DNA from: a virus
Reading direction: 5' to 3' (one strand)
DNA length: 44,979 nt
Virus record (IMG/VR): IMGVR_UViG_3300029244_000004
Both the position numbers and the translations under genes were made by a program. Shown here one piece after another: positions 1 through 8,983 of the stretch. The notes beneath the pieces were generated by a model. The model was not told where the DNA came from. It made no database searches and saw only the letters and a program-made list of their open reading frames with translations. Position 1 is the first letter of the stretch; every line of letters begins with the position of its first letter.

Positions 1-99
1 CGGACTGTTTGTATTGCCATATTTACACCTCTCCGCTATAAACTTCACCGCTCTGGAAATAGGCCGCTCCAACTACGACCGCTTGATCCTCGGCGGAAA
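1..99. repeat. terminal overlap copy 1 (identical to 44881-44979)
   Basis: Read directly: cggactgtttgtattgccat...cggcggaaa occurs at both ends. This is typical of a circular assembly written with a k-mer overlap. Confidence 0.95.
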
Positions 100-193
100 C
101 TGTGATCAAGAAACTTGTATTGATACCAATTGGATTTTGTAATATGGTTGCGGACGTAATTTTAGGAATATAAATTGTATATTGCTCATCCAT
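23..193 (-). CDS. small tail-fibre-module protein (56 aa, below ORF-track cutoff)
   Basis: ATG at 193, TAA at 25-23. Translation: MDEQYTIYIPKITSATILQNPIGINTSFLITVSAEDQAVVVGAAYFQSGEVYSGEV. It fills the gap between 202..414 and the Ig-like gene, whose ATG (20 = 44900) lies 2 nt after its stop. The C-terminal YSGEV echoes the ...FCGEV end of 43313..43990. Confidence 0.4.
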   Translation of the reverse strand: MDEQYTIYIPKITSATILQNPIGINTSFLITVSAEDQAVVVGAAYFQSGEVYSGEV

Positions 194-201
194 CTTTCCA
201 C

Positions 202-414
202 TTACTTCCTATCCCTTACCAGCCGATTGTTGATATATTCCATCGCCGCCGTTACTCGGTTTAAGTCGGAGGCGTTGTAGGTGCCCTTCAGACCGGAAGA
301 CCACTCCACTTTTTCTTCTGGTGACATTCTGGACCAGCCTTTGTCATGGAGGGTTTTCCAGCGGGTTACATCCGCCTGAGTGCGGTCTGTGATTAATGTA
401 TCAAGGACGCTCAT
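202..414 (-). CDS. 70-aa protein, truncated paralogue of the central module of 43313..43990
   Basis: LITDRTQADV...SGLKGTYNASDLNRV aligns with residues about 73-131 of the 225-aa protein (36/59 identical, hand count). Its start overlaps the stop of 411..1871. Confidence 0.5.
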   Translation of the reverse strand: MSVLDTLITDRTQADVTRWKTLHDKGWSRMSPEEKVEWSSGLKGTYNASDLNRVTAAMEYINNRLVRDRK

Positions 415-1871
415 GTTCCTATCGCCTCCACATTTGCCGCAACAGTATTAGAAAGCCTGATCTCCATCTTTGCGACATTTCCTGTGTTGGTCCCGTCCCA
501 AGCATTTGGCATGGTCAGCATATCTCCAAGTTTCTCACCGGCCCATACGATCTTTGCCTTGTTGGTGCTACGCTTTAGGTAGTAGTCATAAACACGTTGT
601 GCCACTGCCTGCCCGATAGAGGGAGAGACTAAAGTCGCATCTGTGATTTCTATCACATTTTGCTTGTCCGATGCCGTTATGTCCGAATTGGAAACACTAT
701 ATTCTGTCTTTGTATCGCTATATTTAATGCCGTTGATTTCTATTGACCCATTTGTGTTTTGGGAGTATGTATGTGCGGTCACCACCACTTTTGTAACAAT
801 GGCTGCTGTATCCACCGTTACGCCCGTATAAGTCCTATTTTTACCGACCTCTTTGGCTGTAGATGACAGATGAAACACATAGAGGCGTTCCCTACCATCT
901 GTAGAAGCACATACACCCCAGGCAAACAACACCTGCTGTATAGCCTCACGCTTGGATGTCGCCGTTAAAGCTCCGGCCAGTGTTATATCTGTTATAGCGG
1001 GATCGTACTCAATCTCAAAGTCTCCATCTACTATTTCAGACAAAAGCTCCTTTGCCGATTTGTTGGTATACACACCACCTGAAAATGGCGTTTCATCTAA
1101 CACGCCTAATGCGTCGTAGCATTCAATATCATAAACTGTGGCTGCTGATCTGGAGTATCCATCAATATAGTAGACACCAATCAAATTATCGTTATTCCGT
1201 ACCTCCACAGGTTGTTTTAGCTGGAACATAAAGTCCACATCATCTTTGCTGTCGAGCGTCCATTTCATGGTCGAGATAGGAAGCTCCGTCGCAATCAGGC
1301 TCATTTCGTTTACAATAGAAGCAGACCGCAACTCAGACATTCCGAAATATCTAAATATTCCAAATACGATTTGTTCCAGTTTTGCCCTTCGGCCTGGCAG
1401 ATTCGTCCTGTTAAGAGTAATCACGATCTTGTTATAGCTCTCTACTCGCTGTTGACAGAAAAATGTAGCAGCATTGGGGGAAAAATCGGTGTTCGCCTTC
1501 TGTGTGTCTCCCTGATACCACTTGATGTTGACGGAATCACAGTAGTCGCCGGACGCGCTGTCAAACACAAGGGTTAGCCCAACAGATGAATATTGCTGGT
1601 CGAAGTCAATCGTAATAACAGGCGGATTTTCAAAAGAGCAGTCATCTCCGCTCATTTCAGCAGACCAGAAGGCAGTCGGCTCATTTTCCACAAGTTTGTA
1701 ATTACCATCTAAGCCCCAATGATTCAACTCGCATGTGATAGTAGGTGCCGGGGTGACCCCAGATGGCAGTAAAGATGGATTTGAAAAGCTCTCAACTGCT
1801 GTGGTGCTGACAGATGCATCCTCCTCCGCTCCGGGGGCTATATCCTTATACAAAATCGTGGTCCTGCTCAT
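411..1871 (-). CDS. tail-associated / baseplate hub-like protein (Tal-type N-terminal region)
   Basis: 486 aa, second gene after the tape measure, with overlapping start/stop on both neighbours. The call rests on position only. Confidence 0.5.
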   Translation of the reverse strand: MSRTTILYKDIAPGAEEDASVSTTAVESFSNPSLLPSGVTPAPTITCELNHWGLDGNYKLVENEPTAFWSAEMSGDDCSFENPPVITIDFDQQYSSVGLTLVFDSASGDYCDSVNIKWYQGDTQKANTDFSPNAATFFCQQRVESYNKIVITLNRTNLPGRRAKLEQIVFGIFRYFGMSELRSASIVNEMSLIATELPISTMKWTLDSKDDVDFMFQLKQPVEVRNNDNLIGVYYIDGYSRSAATVYDIECYDALGVLDETPFSGGVYTNKSAKELLSEIVDGDFEIEYDPAITDITLAGALTATSKREAIQQVLFAWGVCASTDGRERLYVFHLSSTAKEVGKNRTYTGVTVDTAAIVTKVVVTAHTYSQNTNGSIEINGIKYSDTKTEYSVSNSDITASDKQNVIEITDATLVSPSIGQAVAQRVYDYYLKRSTNKAKIVWAGEKLGDMLTMPNAWDGTNTGNVAKMEIRLSNTVAANVEAIGT

Positions 1872-2281
1872 GCGGGTGTCACCTGCGCCTCCATTGGGAT
1901 AAAATTGACTTCAATCTCACCCCAGTAATTCACGCCTCTTTCCACCTTCTCTATGTCTTGCGATGCACTTGTATAATAAGCTTCATAGGAGATGGTGGTT
2001 TGTCCATCAGCAGCCTCCAGCATAACCGAATCATCCACGGAGTGCTCTACAAGGTAATCCCAAAATTCGTCCAGTCCGTTGTAGTTATCACCCCGGCGGA
2101 ATACTGTCAGTTTGTGGCCGATATATGTACCGATAATATCCCGTACCATGCGTCCAGTCATGACCCGTCCGGCGTTCTCACCGTCCAGGACATTGAAGTT
2201 TCGGTTATATTTAGAGATTGCCACATCTGCATCGAACTCTATCCCATTTAACTTAATGTAGCTCATAGTGGACACCCTCAT
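1868..2281 (-). CDS. distal tail protein-like (small)
   Basis: 137 aa, immediately downstream of the tape measure (2-nt gap). The call rests on position. Confidence 0.4.
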   Translation of the reverse strand: MRVSTMSYIKLNGIEFDADVAISKYNRNFNVLDGENAGRVMTGRMVRDIIGTYIGHKLTVFRRGDNYNGLDEFWDYLVEHSVDDSVMLEAADGQTTISYEAYYTSASQDIEKVERGVNYWGEIEVNFIPMEAQVTPA

Positions 2282-2283
2282 TT

Positions 2284-4968
2284 CTATCTGTTCGTCAGGG
2301 ACATCCCGTGTCTACGGGCTACCTTCTTCTGGTTGCGGTAGATCACTTCCCCGTCCAGGTTAATAACGTTTTCAATAAGCTGACCATCTGCATTCATCCC
2401 GCTCCTGGTTAGGGCCATCATCACAGCCTGAACGATGGTATCAAGAGGTGCCTCCACATTGGTCCCACTCTTCTGGTCGCCCAAAACCGCCAAAAACTCA
2501 CGATTCGGAGGAATTACCGCACCACGGGCCAGTGCCGGAATATTTTGCATGGGTAACGAAACTGACCTTGCAGAAGCTCGTCCACTTCGGCTGGATGAGC
2601 TAGAACCGGAGGACGATTTACCAACAGTCTTATAAACCGTTGTAATTGTGATGGTTATATTCCGCTCAATAGATGCCAGCTTTGCGTTAAGGGCATTGAT
2701 CTCCGCAATTACTCCCTGAATGTTTTGGGATGCCTTGTTGTAGCAGTCAGTCCAAGTCTTGTTCCAAGCAGGAGCAAATTCGCCCGTCATATACAGGAGG
2801 AAGGCAACCAACGATGCTTTCATAAGCTCTGTATTGTTGGTACAAAGAGCTAATACCGCATTAAACATGATGCTAAAGGCGGATACGACCATTGTGGAAT
2901 TGTCGTTTACACCGTTTTCCAGTCCGGACATCATGTATCCGCCCAGGTCCTCGAATTCAGTAGATGGGGAATGGATGCCAAAGAAATCCTTTACTCCATC
3001 AATAAAGTTTCCGCCCCATTCAGTAATTTTTTGCCCAATGGAAGATAAGCCGTTAAACAAACCGTCCAGCATATCTTGACCGAGTCCAAGCCAATAATCC
3101 AAAGTGAAGAATTTAGACGGGCCAGCATCCCACCATGAAGTAAAATTACTCCATGCTCCAGATATGGCATCCAGAATAAAATTCCAGTTTGGAACAATTG
3201 CAACAACTAGACCGGCCGCCCCAGTAGCAATAAGTCCAAGCCCAAGAGGGATTCCGGCACCAGTGAACAGAAGTATCACACCAAGAACCAACAAAGCGCC
3301 GCTAACGATTGCTGTAACTGCTCCTATCGGACCTTGCAAAGCAGTTTGTATAGTGTCCCAGTTTATCACTGCAGCAGCGGCCAAACTGATTGCTCCCGCT
3401 GCCATCATACCAACTCCAAGAGCCATATTCGCACCAGAGAAGGTAAGGACAGCGCCCAACACAAGAAGCGACACACCAAGCAGCCCGGCAATCTCTGTAA
3501 TAACTTGCTTTATGCTGATTGTTGTACTGCCCCAATTCAACGCAACCGCAGCCGCCATAGCTACCGCACCTGCAATCATAAGCCCGATACCGAGCGGGAT
3601 ATTCGCACCAGAGAAGGTAAATAGTGCGCCAAGCACCAGAAGCGAAACGGACAACAACTCCAGAATCCCGGTAATTGCCCTCTGCATTTCTTCCGACATG
3701 GTGCTCCAATTCAACGCAACCGCCGTGCCAAGCGCAAGTGCGCCAACAATCATAAGGCCAATACCAAGTAGGATGTTTGCGCCCGAAAAGGCTAGAATGG
3801 CTCCGATTACAAGTGCCGCGCCTCCTAGTATAATCAGGACTCTGTTGATTGCTTCAAGTAATGGGCCATCAAGCGCCCCCCAGTTCTCCGAAACGACGGA
3901 TACAAGCCCAATTGCCCCCGCTGCCATAAGCGAAAGTCCAAGGGGGATATTCACTCCTGAAAACGCAAGGAGCGCACCAAGCGCAAGAAGGGCACCACTC
4001 ACATACGCCGTTAATTCATCAATCTTCTGCTTGTATTCCGCAGTCGAGAAATCATCAAAAACAGGTTTTATTCCTTCTGATGCTCCTGCACCTGTACCAC
4101 CAGAAGCCGCCCCTCCCCCAGATAGTTTGTTGATCTCATCGAAACTGGCAAGGGACTTACTGGCCTTCTTAGCCGCTGACCCTACACCTTCAACGGCATT
4201 TGCCTCATTGTAAAGGTTTTCTGCCGCCTCTGCGGATGCTTCGACCGTCGTGCCAAAAAGCGCCGATACCACACGCGCAATAGCCGACACAATGCGGGCA
4301 AGCACATTTACAAACGCCGTAAAGGCTGGTATAATCACGTTGATCAGAGGCTGTGCCAGGGTCAGCAGCGCTCCCTTCAGACGTCCAATTGCCTGTGACG
4401 CTTCATCGTTGGTTTTGATGAGCTTCCCGAGCCACTGACGCAGAGCGGCTGCGCCCTGAGAAATCACGGTGAAAACCAACGCGCTTCGGAGGACTTCCCG
4501 AAGCCGGAGGGAGAACCGCTGTGCTCCCTTCTGGGCTCGGTCCACGGCTTTCGACATGGCTTCGGCGGCTGGGCCTGTGCGGGCCATATTCTGGTACAGC
4601 TCTCCAGCTTGCGTTTTTGCCAAATCCAGCCGCGTCGTGGTCTCCTGGATTCCGCGATCCATTCGTTCAATTTGGACAACCACTCCATCCCACTCTTTCT
4701 GGAGGCTAGACACAACGGCCCTTTGTTCATCCACATGGGCAGAGGTAAAAAACTTCCCGCTGTTTTCCATGCTGTCCAGCTTCGCCTTTGCGGCATCCAG
4801 CTCAACACCTAGCTTCTGCGCCTGCTCCACAAGCGGGATTTTCTGTTGCTGTTTGACATATAGCTGGTCGTTCAGTGTCTGTATCTTCCTATTGAGCCGG
4901 TTGAGTTCCTGCTGGGCCTTTTTGTCATCAATGTTCGTCTCAATGACGATAGAACCATCAGCCGCCAT
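2284..4968 (-). CDS. tail tape measure protein
   Basis: 894 aa with a coiled-coil N-terminus and an SLASFDEINKLS motif. It lies between the chaperone-type genes and the distal tail genes. Confidence 0.9.
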   Translation of the reverse strand: MAADGSIVIETNIDDKKAQQELNRLNRKIQTLNDQLYVKQQQKIPLVEQAQKLGVELDAAKAKLDSMENSGKFFTSAHVDEQRAVVSSLQKEWDGVVVQIERMDRGIQETTTRLDLAKTQAGELYQNMARTGPAAEAMSKAVDRAQKGAQRFSLRLREVLRSALVFTVISQGAAALRQWLGKLIKTNDEASQAIGRLKGALLTLAQPLINVIIPAFTAFVNVLARIVSAIARVVSALFGTTVEASAEAAENLYNEANAVEGVGSAAKKASKSLASFDEINKLSGGGAASGGTGAGASEGIKPVFDDFSTAEYKQKIDELTAYVSGALLALGALLAFSGVNIPLGLSLMAAGAIGLVSVVSENWGALDGPLLEAINRVLIILGGAALVIGAILAFSGANILLGIGLMIVGALALGTAVALNWSTMSEEMQRAITGILELLSVSLLVLGALFTFSGANIPLGIGLMIAGAVAMAAAVALNWGSTTISIKQVITEIAGLLGVSLLVLGAVLTFSGANMALGVGMMAAGAISLAAAAVINWDTIQTALQGPIGAVTAIVSGALLVLGVILLFTGAGIPLGLGLIATGAAGLVVAIVPNWNFILDAISGAWSNFTSWWDAGPSKFFTLDYWLGLGQDMLDGLFNGLSSIGQKITEWGGNFIDGVKDFFGIHSPSTEFEDLGGYMMSGLENGVNDNSTMVVSAFSIMFNAVLALCTNNTELMKASLVAFLLYMTGEFAPAWNKTWTDCYNKASQNIQGVIAEINALNAKLASIERNITITITTVYKTVGKSSSGSSSSSRSGRASARSVSLPMQNIPALARGAVIPPNREFLAVLGDQKSGTNVEAPLDTIVQAVMMALTRSGMNADGQLIENVINLDGEVIYRNQKKVARRHGMSLTNR
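3184..4008 (-). repeat. five tandem copies (about 57 aa / 172 nt) of a hydrophobic hairpin module inside the tape measure
   Basis: The unit LL(V/A)LGA.L.FSGANIPLGIGLM.AGA...A.AV.(L/I)NW recurs at about aa 321, 376, 434, 493 and 551. Confidence 0.85.
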
Positions 4969-4994
4969 AAAATCACCACCTTGGAGGTATCAGG

Positions 4995-5630
4995 ATGAAA
5001 AAGAAAATGATAAAGTGCAAGAGCTGTGGAGCTGAAATCGCAAAAACCGCAAACCGGTGTCCTAACTGTGGAGCACGGCAGCATCAGGTCGCCTTGTCCA
5101 TCTGCGCTGTCATCATCGTGCTCACAGTTGTGGCCTGCATGGCCATCCTTATCCCTGCCATGAATGGAGATGGCTTGACAGGCCAAGGGACCAATCAGCC
5201 CGAGGAGAATAATACTGTTGGAATAGAAGGGGTTCTGTCAGCAGACTGCTTCGATCTTTCAGTCGTGGATGTGAAATGGACAACTGCGCTTGAAACCTCT
5301 CTTGGAACAATCGCCCCGGACGACGCAGAAAAAGGTTTGCTGTGTATCATCTTCTCTGCAAAAAATACAACGGACAGCGTTCAAAATGTGGCCAGTAGCG
5401 GGTTTAACGCTTACGCCGATGGGAAGAAGGTCATTCCAAAAGTCGTAGTTGGCGGCATTGATGATGCAGTTGTATTTGTTGGTGCTGTTTCTCCCGGCAT
5501 GGAAATTGTTGGCCATGTGGTGTGGGAACTTCCGCTTGATTGGGAGGAATTTCAGACATCATATATCGATGCCGGAACAGCGGTAGATAGCAAGCAGCAT
5601 TTTGTCATCAAAAAGAGCGATATAGAGTGA
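4995..5630 (+). CDS. zinc-ribbon / single-TM / DUF4352-like beta-sandwich membrane protein (moron)
   Basis: GGAGG lies 7 nt before the ATG. The protein has CKSCGAEI...CPNCG, then the hydrophobic stretch ALSICAVIIVLTVVACMAILIPA, then a DUF4352-like domain. It is on the opposite strand to the tail operon and has its own terminator. Confidence 0.75.
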   Translation: MKKKMIKCKSCGAEIAKTANRCPNCGARQHQVALSICAVIIVLTVVACMAILIPAMNGDGLTGQGTNQPEENNTVGIEGVLSADCFDLSVVDVKWTTALETSLGTIAPDDAEKGLLCIIFSAKNTTDSVQNVASSGFNAYADGKKVIPKVVVGGIDDAVVFVGAVSPGMEIVGHVVWELPLDWEEFQTSYIDAGTAVDSKQHFVIKKSDIE

Positions 5631-5637
5631 TTACGAG

Positions 5638-5662
5638 CCGCCCCTTCGGGGGCGGTTCTTTT
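5638..5662 (+). terminator. rho-independent terminator of the plus-strand moron
   Basis: CCGCCCC-ttcg-GGGGCGG followed by TTCTTTT. On the minus strand no U-run follows the hairpin. Confidence 0.8.
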
Positions 5663-6233
5663 ATCCCTTCGTCCACATATTGACCAAATCGTTCTCCGCT
5701 TCGCTGTACCGTGTCTTGATGTCCACAAGATCCTGATTCTTTCGGTAGAACTCCCGGTCCGATTTGTCCAAGGGCTTGCCTTTCGCTTTTTTCTCCCGGA
5801 TACGGACTATTTGAGCAAAGAGGCAGTCCCCGATCTCATAGTAGGCCGCCAGGAAAGTCCACCAATGTAAACCACCCGAATTTTTATTTGGGTCATAATC
5901 TACTGCTCTTGCCTCATAACCTAACACTCTGTTAATGGGAGCGACTATGTACGGATAATCTTGCTCCCAGTCCACCAGATTGGGAGCTTTTCGCCCCTCT
6001 GGCTGGTCCTTTCCCCCATTGATGAAGATCATGCACTCATGGATGGCCTCGTCAAAGTCAGAAAGGGCTTCCCATTCTGGATAGAACATCTGGAGCACGG
6101 CAAGAGCCCTATCTTCCTCTGATAAATCCGGGTCATTCATCGCCTCGAAAATATCCAGAATCACCCGGTAATCATAGCGGATGGCAAACTCCTCTCCGCC
6201 AACCATTACGCTTTTTGGTAATCCATAGCCCAT
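5661..6233 (-). CDS. Gp15-family tail assembly protein
   Basis: 190 aa directly upstream of the tape measure. It resembles the Phage_Gp15 family. Its own RBS is AAGGAG 7 nt before the ATG. Confidence 0.55.
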   Translation of the reverse strand: MGYGLPKSVMVGGEEFAIRYDYRVILDIFEAMNDPDLSEEDRALAVLQMFYPEWEALSDFDEAIHECMIFINGGKDQPEGRKAPNLVDWEQDYPYIVAPINRVLGYEARAVDYDPNKNSGGLHWWTFLAAYYEIGDCLFAQIVRIREKKAKGKPLDKSDREFYRKNQDLVDIKTRYSEAENDLVNMWTKG

Positions 6234-6248
6234 GCCGTGCTCCTTCTG

Positions 6249-6680
6249 TTACTTCTTCTGGTATTTCTGATATTTGGCCGTATACTTGGCAATCCTGGGG
6301 TTTGTGGCCTTTTGCTCTCTGGCATAGGTGCTGTCCACCTCGTCCATCACAGCCAGCATCAGGTTACACCACACGGGCAGCCCGTTTGCCAGGGCATAAA
6401 CATTCATCCCACCAAACAAGGCTTCACTGACAGGAACACCAAACAGGCCGTCAATGATTTCCCGCATCTCGGTATCCCGTTCTCTGGCAAACTCGAAAAT
6501 TTCCTTCTTATCTGCCATCTTTTCAATACTGGACTTGTATCCATCTTGCTTCTTATCCAGGTCCTCGAATGCAGAGTACAAACGCTCCACAAAGTTAGAA
6601 TCTGAAGGGTTGAAGGTAACTTCCACTTTCCCATTCAAGTCATATGTAACAAGGCCAGTATCAAAATTGAGCTCTTTCAT
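6249..6680 (-). CDS. tail assembly chaperone-like protein
   Basis: 143 aa between the major tail protein and the Gp15-like gene. The call rests on position. Confidence 0.5.
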   Translation of the reverse strand: MKELNFDTGLVTYDLNGKVEVTFNPSDSNFVERLYSAFEDLDKKQDGYKSSIEKMADKKEIFEFARERDTEMREIIDGLFGVPVSEALFGGMNVYALANGLPVWCNLMLAVMDEVDSTYAREQKATNPRIAKYTAKYQKYQKK

Positions 6681-6683
6681 GGA

Positions 6684-7214
6684 TTACTCCTCTCCGTCTG
6701 CTTTAAAGGTCACAGTGGCTCCCGAAATGGATGCCGTTCCGGTTGTGCGGGTGCCGCCGTAGGTTACCTCAATGGGCATCCCAATGGAGCCGCCACCCTC
6801 GCCGCCAAGGCCAGTAGGCAATACCGAGCAGGCAGAATACCTCTCCGCAAATACTGCCGTGTTTGCCGTGCCAGCATATAGATGAACGATGAGCATATCC
6901 TGATTCAACAGAGCATTGACATTGTTCTCTTTGATAGCAAGATTCCAAATCTTTTGCTGCGCCTCGTCAGCGCCGTCTAACTCACAGGGGTCAAAGGTCT
7001 GTGTCTTGGTGGCCTTCTTTCCGGTAGTATAAGTATCACCAAAGATATCTACCTTGGTCTCCGTCTGCCAGTCGAACTCGATAGAGCTATCCTCCACACG
7101 CTTACCTACGGGGGACCAAGTGGGGGTCCCGCTCTCTCCAGTATTTAGATAGGCAATCAGCATTTCCCGGCCTACAGTCTGGCCTGGGGTAGTGTTAAAC
7201 TCTAAATCAGCCAT
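6684..7214 (-). CDS. major tail protein
   Basis: The start is set at ATG 7214 (AAAGGAG 8 nt upstream). The protein begins MADLEFNTTPGQTVGREMLIAYLNTG... with a T/G-rich C-terminus, and sits before the chaperone genes. Confidence 0.75.
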   Translation of the reverse strand: MADLEFNTTPGQTVGREMLIAYLNTGESGTPTWSPVGKRVEDSSIEFDWQTETKVDIFGDTYTTGKKATKTQTFDPCELDGADEAQQKIWNLAIKENNVNALLNQDMLIVHLYAGTANTAVFAERYSACSVLPTGLGGEGGGSIGMPIEVTYGGTRTTGTASISGATVTFKADGEE

Positions 7215-7228
7215 TGTGCTGTCTCCTT

Positions 7229-7699
7229 TCACACGCCGACCTCGTAGGTCAGCTTCATCAAAATTTGGTAGTCCTCTATTCCTCCTTCATAGGAGGCGAA
7301 TTTTGATGCCTGGGTAGTCGGCTCGACTCTAAGGGCCCGTACTCCATCTCCCAGGCTAGGCAGATTCTTCCTGGCCCAGTCCCCAAAGTGGTTCAGCAGC
7401 TCGTCGGCCTCCAGGCGGCGGTCGTTGCTACTCCCAGGCTTGATACGGTAGATCAGTTTGAATTGATACTCCGCCTGGTAGCCTCCCAAAATGTACTGCC
7501 GGGTGATATAGGTCCCCTGGATGGTTGACAGAGCCATGGCCACCTCTTCTCCGATGGCAATATCCAGCGATTCATACTTGATCATTGTGACCGGCTTTTC
7601 GGGGAAGGTGTTCACCCACACATTCATTGAGCGGGAAATCTTGTCTACCTCTTCCGCCGCCGCCAGCATCCGGGGCTTTTCCCGTTTTTCATAGATCAT
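7229..7699 (-). CDS. tail terminator / tail completion protein
   Basis: 156 aa immediately upstream of the major tail protein, in SPP1-like neck gene order. Confidence 0.45.
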   Translation of the reverse strand: MIYEKREKPRMLAAAEEVDKISRSMNVWVNTFPEKPVTMIKYESLDIAIGEEVAMALSTIQGTYITRQYILGGYQAEYQFKLIYRIKPGSSNDRRLEADELLNHFGDWARKNLPSLGDGVRALRVEPTTQASKFASYEGGIEDYQILMKLTYEVGV

Positions 7700-8099
7700 G
7701 TTTCACCGCCTTATCCGACACACGGACCCACTTCTCCAGGTTTTCCGCCTTGCTGGCCTCGAACCAATGGGATTGTGCCTGTCCGTGTACTGCTTTGCTA
7801 AAAACCAGGTCCTTGTCCGTCAGGACCTTTGTGCCGCCCTTTGGGGCGTAGCTGCTTCCGGTCTCAGGATCAACCATCAGTTTCCCGTAGTACAAATAGC
7901 GAGATTGTGGTCCAGGATAAATAACTTTAGAGCCATCAACCCTTGTCCTCCGGTCCAGGTCACCTGTCAAGGCTGGGGCATAAGGAGAAGTATCCTTCCG
8001 CACTTGGAGTGCCACAATGTGCTCTGCCTTGGTGCACCCTTCGGCGAGCTTGTCCTTGATTGCCTCTAGCCCCTCGGTGTGGACACTGAACTTCAACAT
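7689..8099 (-). CDS. neck protein (HK97 gp10-like minor capsid / head-tail joining)
   Basis: 136 aa in a translationally coupled chain of head-tail genes. Confidence 0.45.
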   Translation of the reverse strand: MLKFSVHTEGLEAIKDKLAEGCTKAEHIVALQVRKDTSPYAPALTGDLDRRTRVDGSKVIYPGPQSRYLYYGKLMVDPETGSSYAPKGGTKVLTDKDLVFSKAVHGQAQSHWFEASKAENLEKWVRVSDKAVKHDL

Positions 8100-8548
8100 C
8101 AGGCTCCACCTACTTCCCAGTGGGACATTTCGCCGCCGAAGTCCTTGAAGTCAACCGTTTTCACGTCGTAGACGTAGTCGTATGCGGCGGATATTTTCTG
8201 ATTGCTCCAGTCCGGGTGGGCAGCCTTTCCCTTGACAAAAAAGGTGTTTTGTCCGGGGGAGAGCGTCCACAGACCGTCCCGGCTCTCACCGTTCCAGAAC
8301 TCCACGGGGCCAACGTACCGCTTTTTCTCCCCGGTTACACCATCAGTGGCTGACACGTTGACTGGTATGTAGAGCGTCACGGAATCGGCATCTACAAGCC
8401 CACTTTCGTTGACGTTTTTCCCCTTCACGGCATCCAGAAGAACCCCCTCCAGCACCGTGATGTGATTGATCGTTCTCTCATCCAGAGTAGCCGGATCAGT
8501 CTCCACCGACACATTGTAGAGCGTCACAGTATGGGGGAACATATCCAT
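8099..8548 (-). CDS. head closure protein
   Basis: 149 aa following the connector-adaptor gene. The call rests on position. Confidence 0.45.
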   Translation of the reverse strand: MDMFPHTVTLYNVSVETDPATLDERTINHITVLEGVLLDAVKGKNVNESGLVDADSVTLYIPVNVSATDGVTGEKKRYVGPVEFWNGESRDGLWTLSPGQNTFFVKGKAAHPDWSNQKISAAYDYVYDVKTVDFKDFGGEMSHWEVGGA

Positions 8549-8969
8549 ATCCGCACCCCCTCCCTCTGTACAGGAGGCCGGTAGCCCCTAAATATTGCTG
8601 GGCGATAGCCCCAAGGGAGGCTTGCGCCGCCTGGGCGGAGGACAGGGCCTGTTGTGCGCTGTCCCCGCCGCTTCGGTAGGTCTTGGACCAGCTTCCAACG
8701 CTCTGGCTTTGCAGTTCTCCCTCGGATGTCACGGAGGCGGACAGAGCCTTTTGCGCCAGCGCTTGGGCGGCATCAATGGCCTGATACTGCTCCGCAACGG
8801 CGCAACAGGCCATTTTCAGCGCATCAAGGCCAGCATTACGGGCCGCTCGGCCCTGCGTGTAGTAATCCAGGAAGGAGCTTGCGCGCAGGGACAGGCGGGG
8901 AAAGTCGGCCTCCTGAATGGCTGTCCCCAGGTATGTAGTTATGTAATACCTATAGTCTGCGTAAGCCAT
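8496..8969 (-). CDS. head-tail connector (gp6-like adaptor)
   Basis: MAYADYRYYITTYLGTAIQEADFPRLSLRASSFLDYYT... matches the gp6-like connector pattern. Confidence 0.6.
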   Translation of the reverse strand: MAYADYRYYITTYLGTAIQEADFPRLSLRASSFLDYYTQGRAARNAGLDALKMACCAVAEQYQAIDAAQALAQKALSASVTSEGELQSQSVGSWSKTYRSGGDSAQQALSSAQAAQASLGAIAQQYLGATGLLYRGRGCGYGYVPPYCDALQCVGGD

Positions 8970-8983
8970 TACAGAGCCTTCTT

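Noticed and set aside
3104-4213. 369-aa plus-strand ORF antisense to the tape measure
   Set aside because: It is an A/P/S-rich mirror image of the hydrophobic tandem repeats with no RBS, and lies entirely inside a confident minus-strand gene.
6225-6260. Expected -1 frameshift between the two tail-chaperone genes upstream of the tape measure
   Set aside because: No slippery heptamer is present at the 3' end of 6249..6680 (...CAG AAA TAC CAG AAG AAG TAA). The downstream Gp15-like gene has its own AAGGAG RBS and ATG.
7214-7232. Longer major tail protein start (GTG 7232)
   Set aside because: The internal ATG at 7214 has a strong AAAGGAG at ideal spacing, while the GTG lies inside the upstream gene's stop region.
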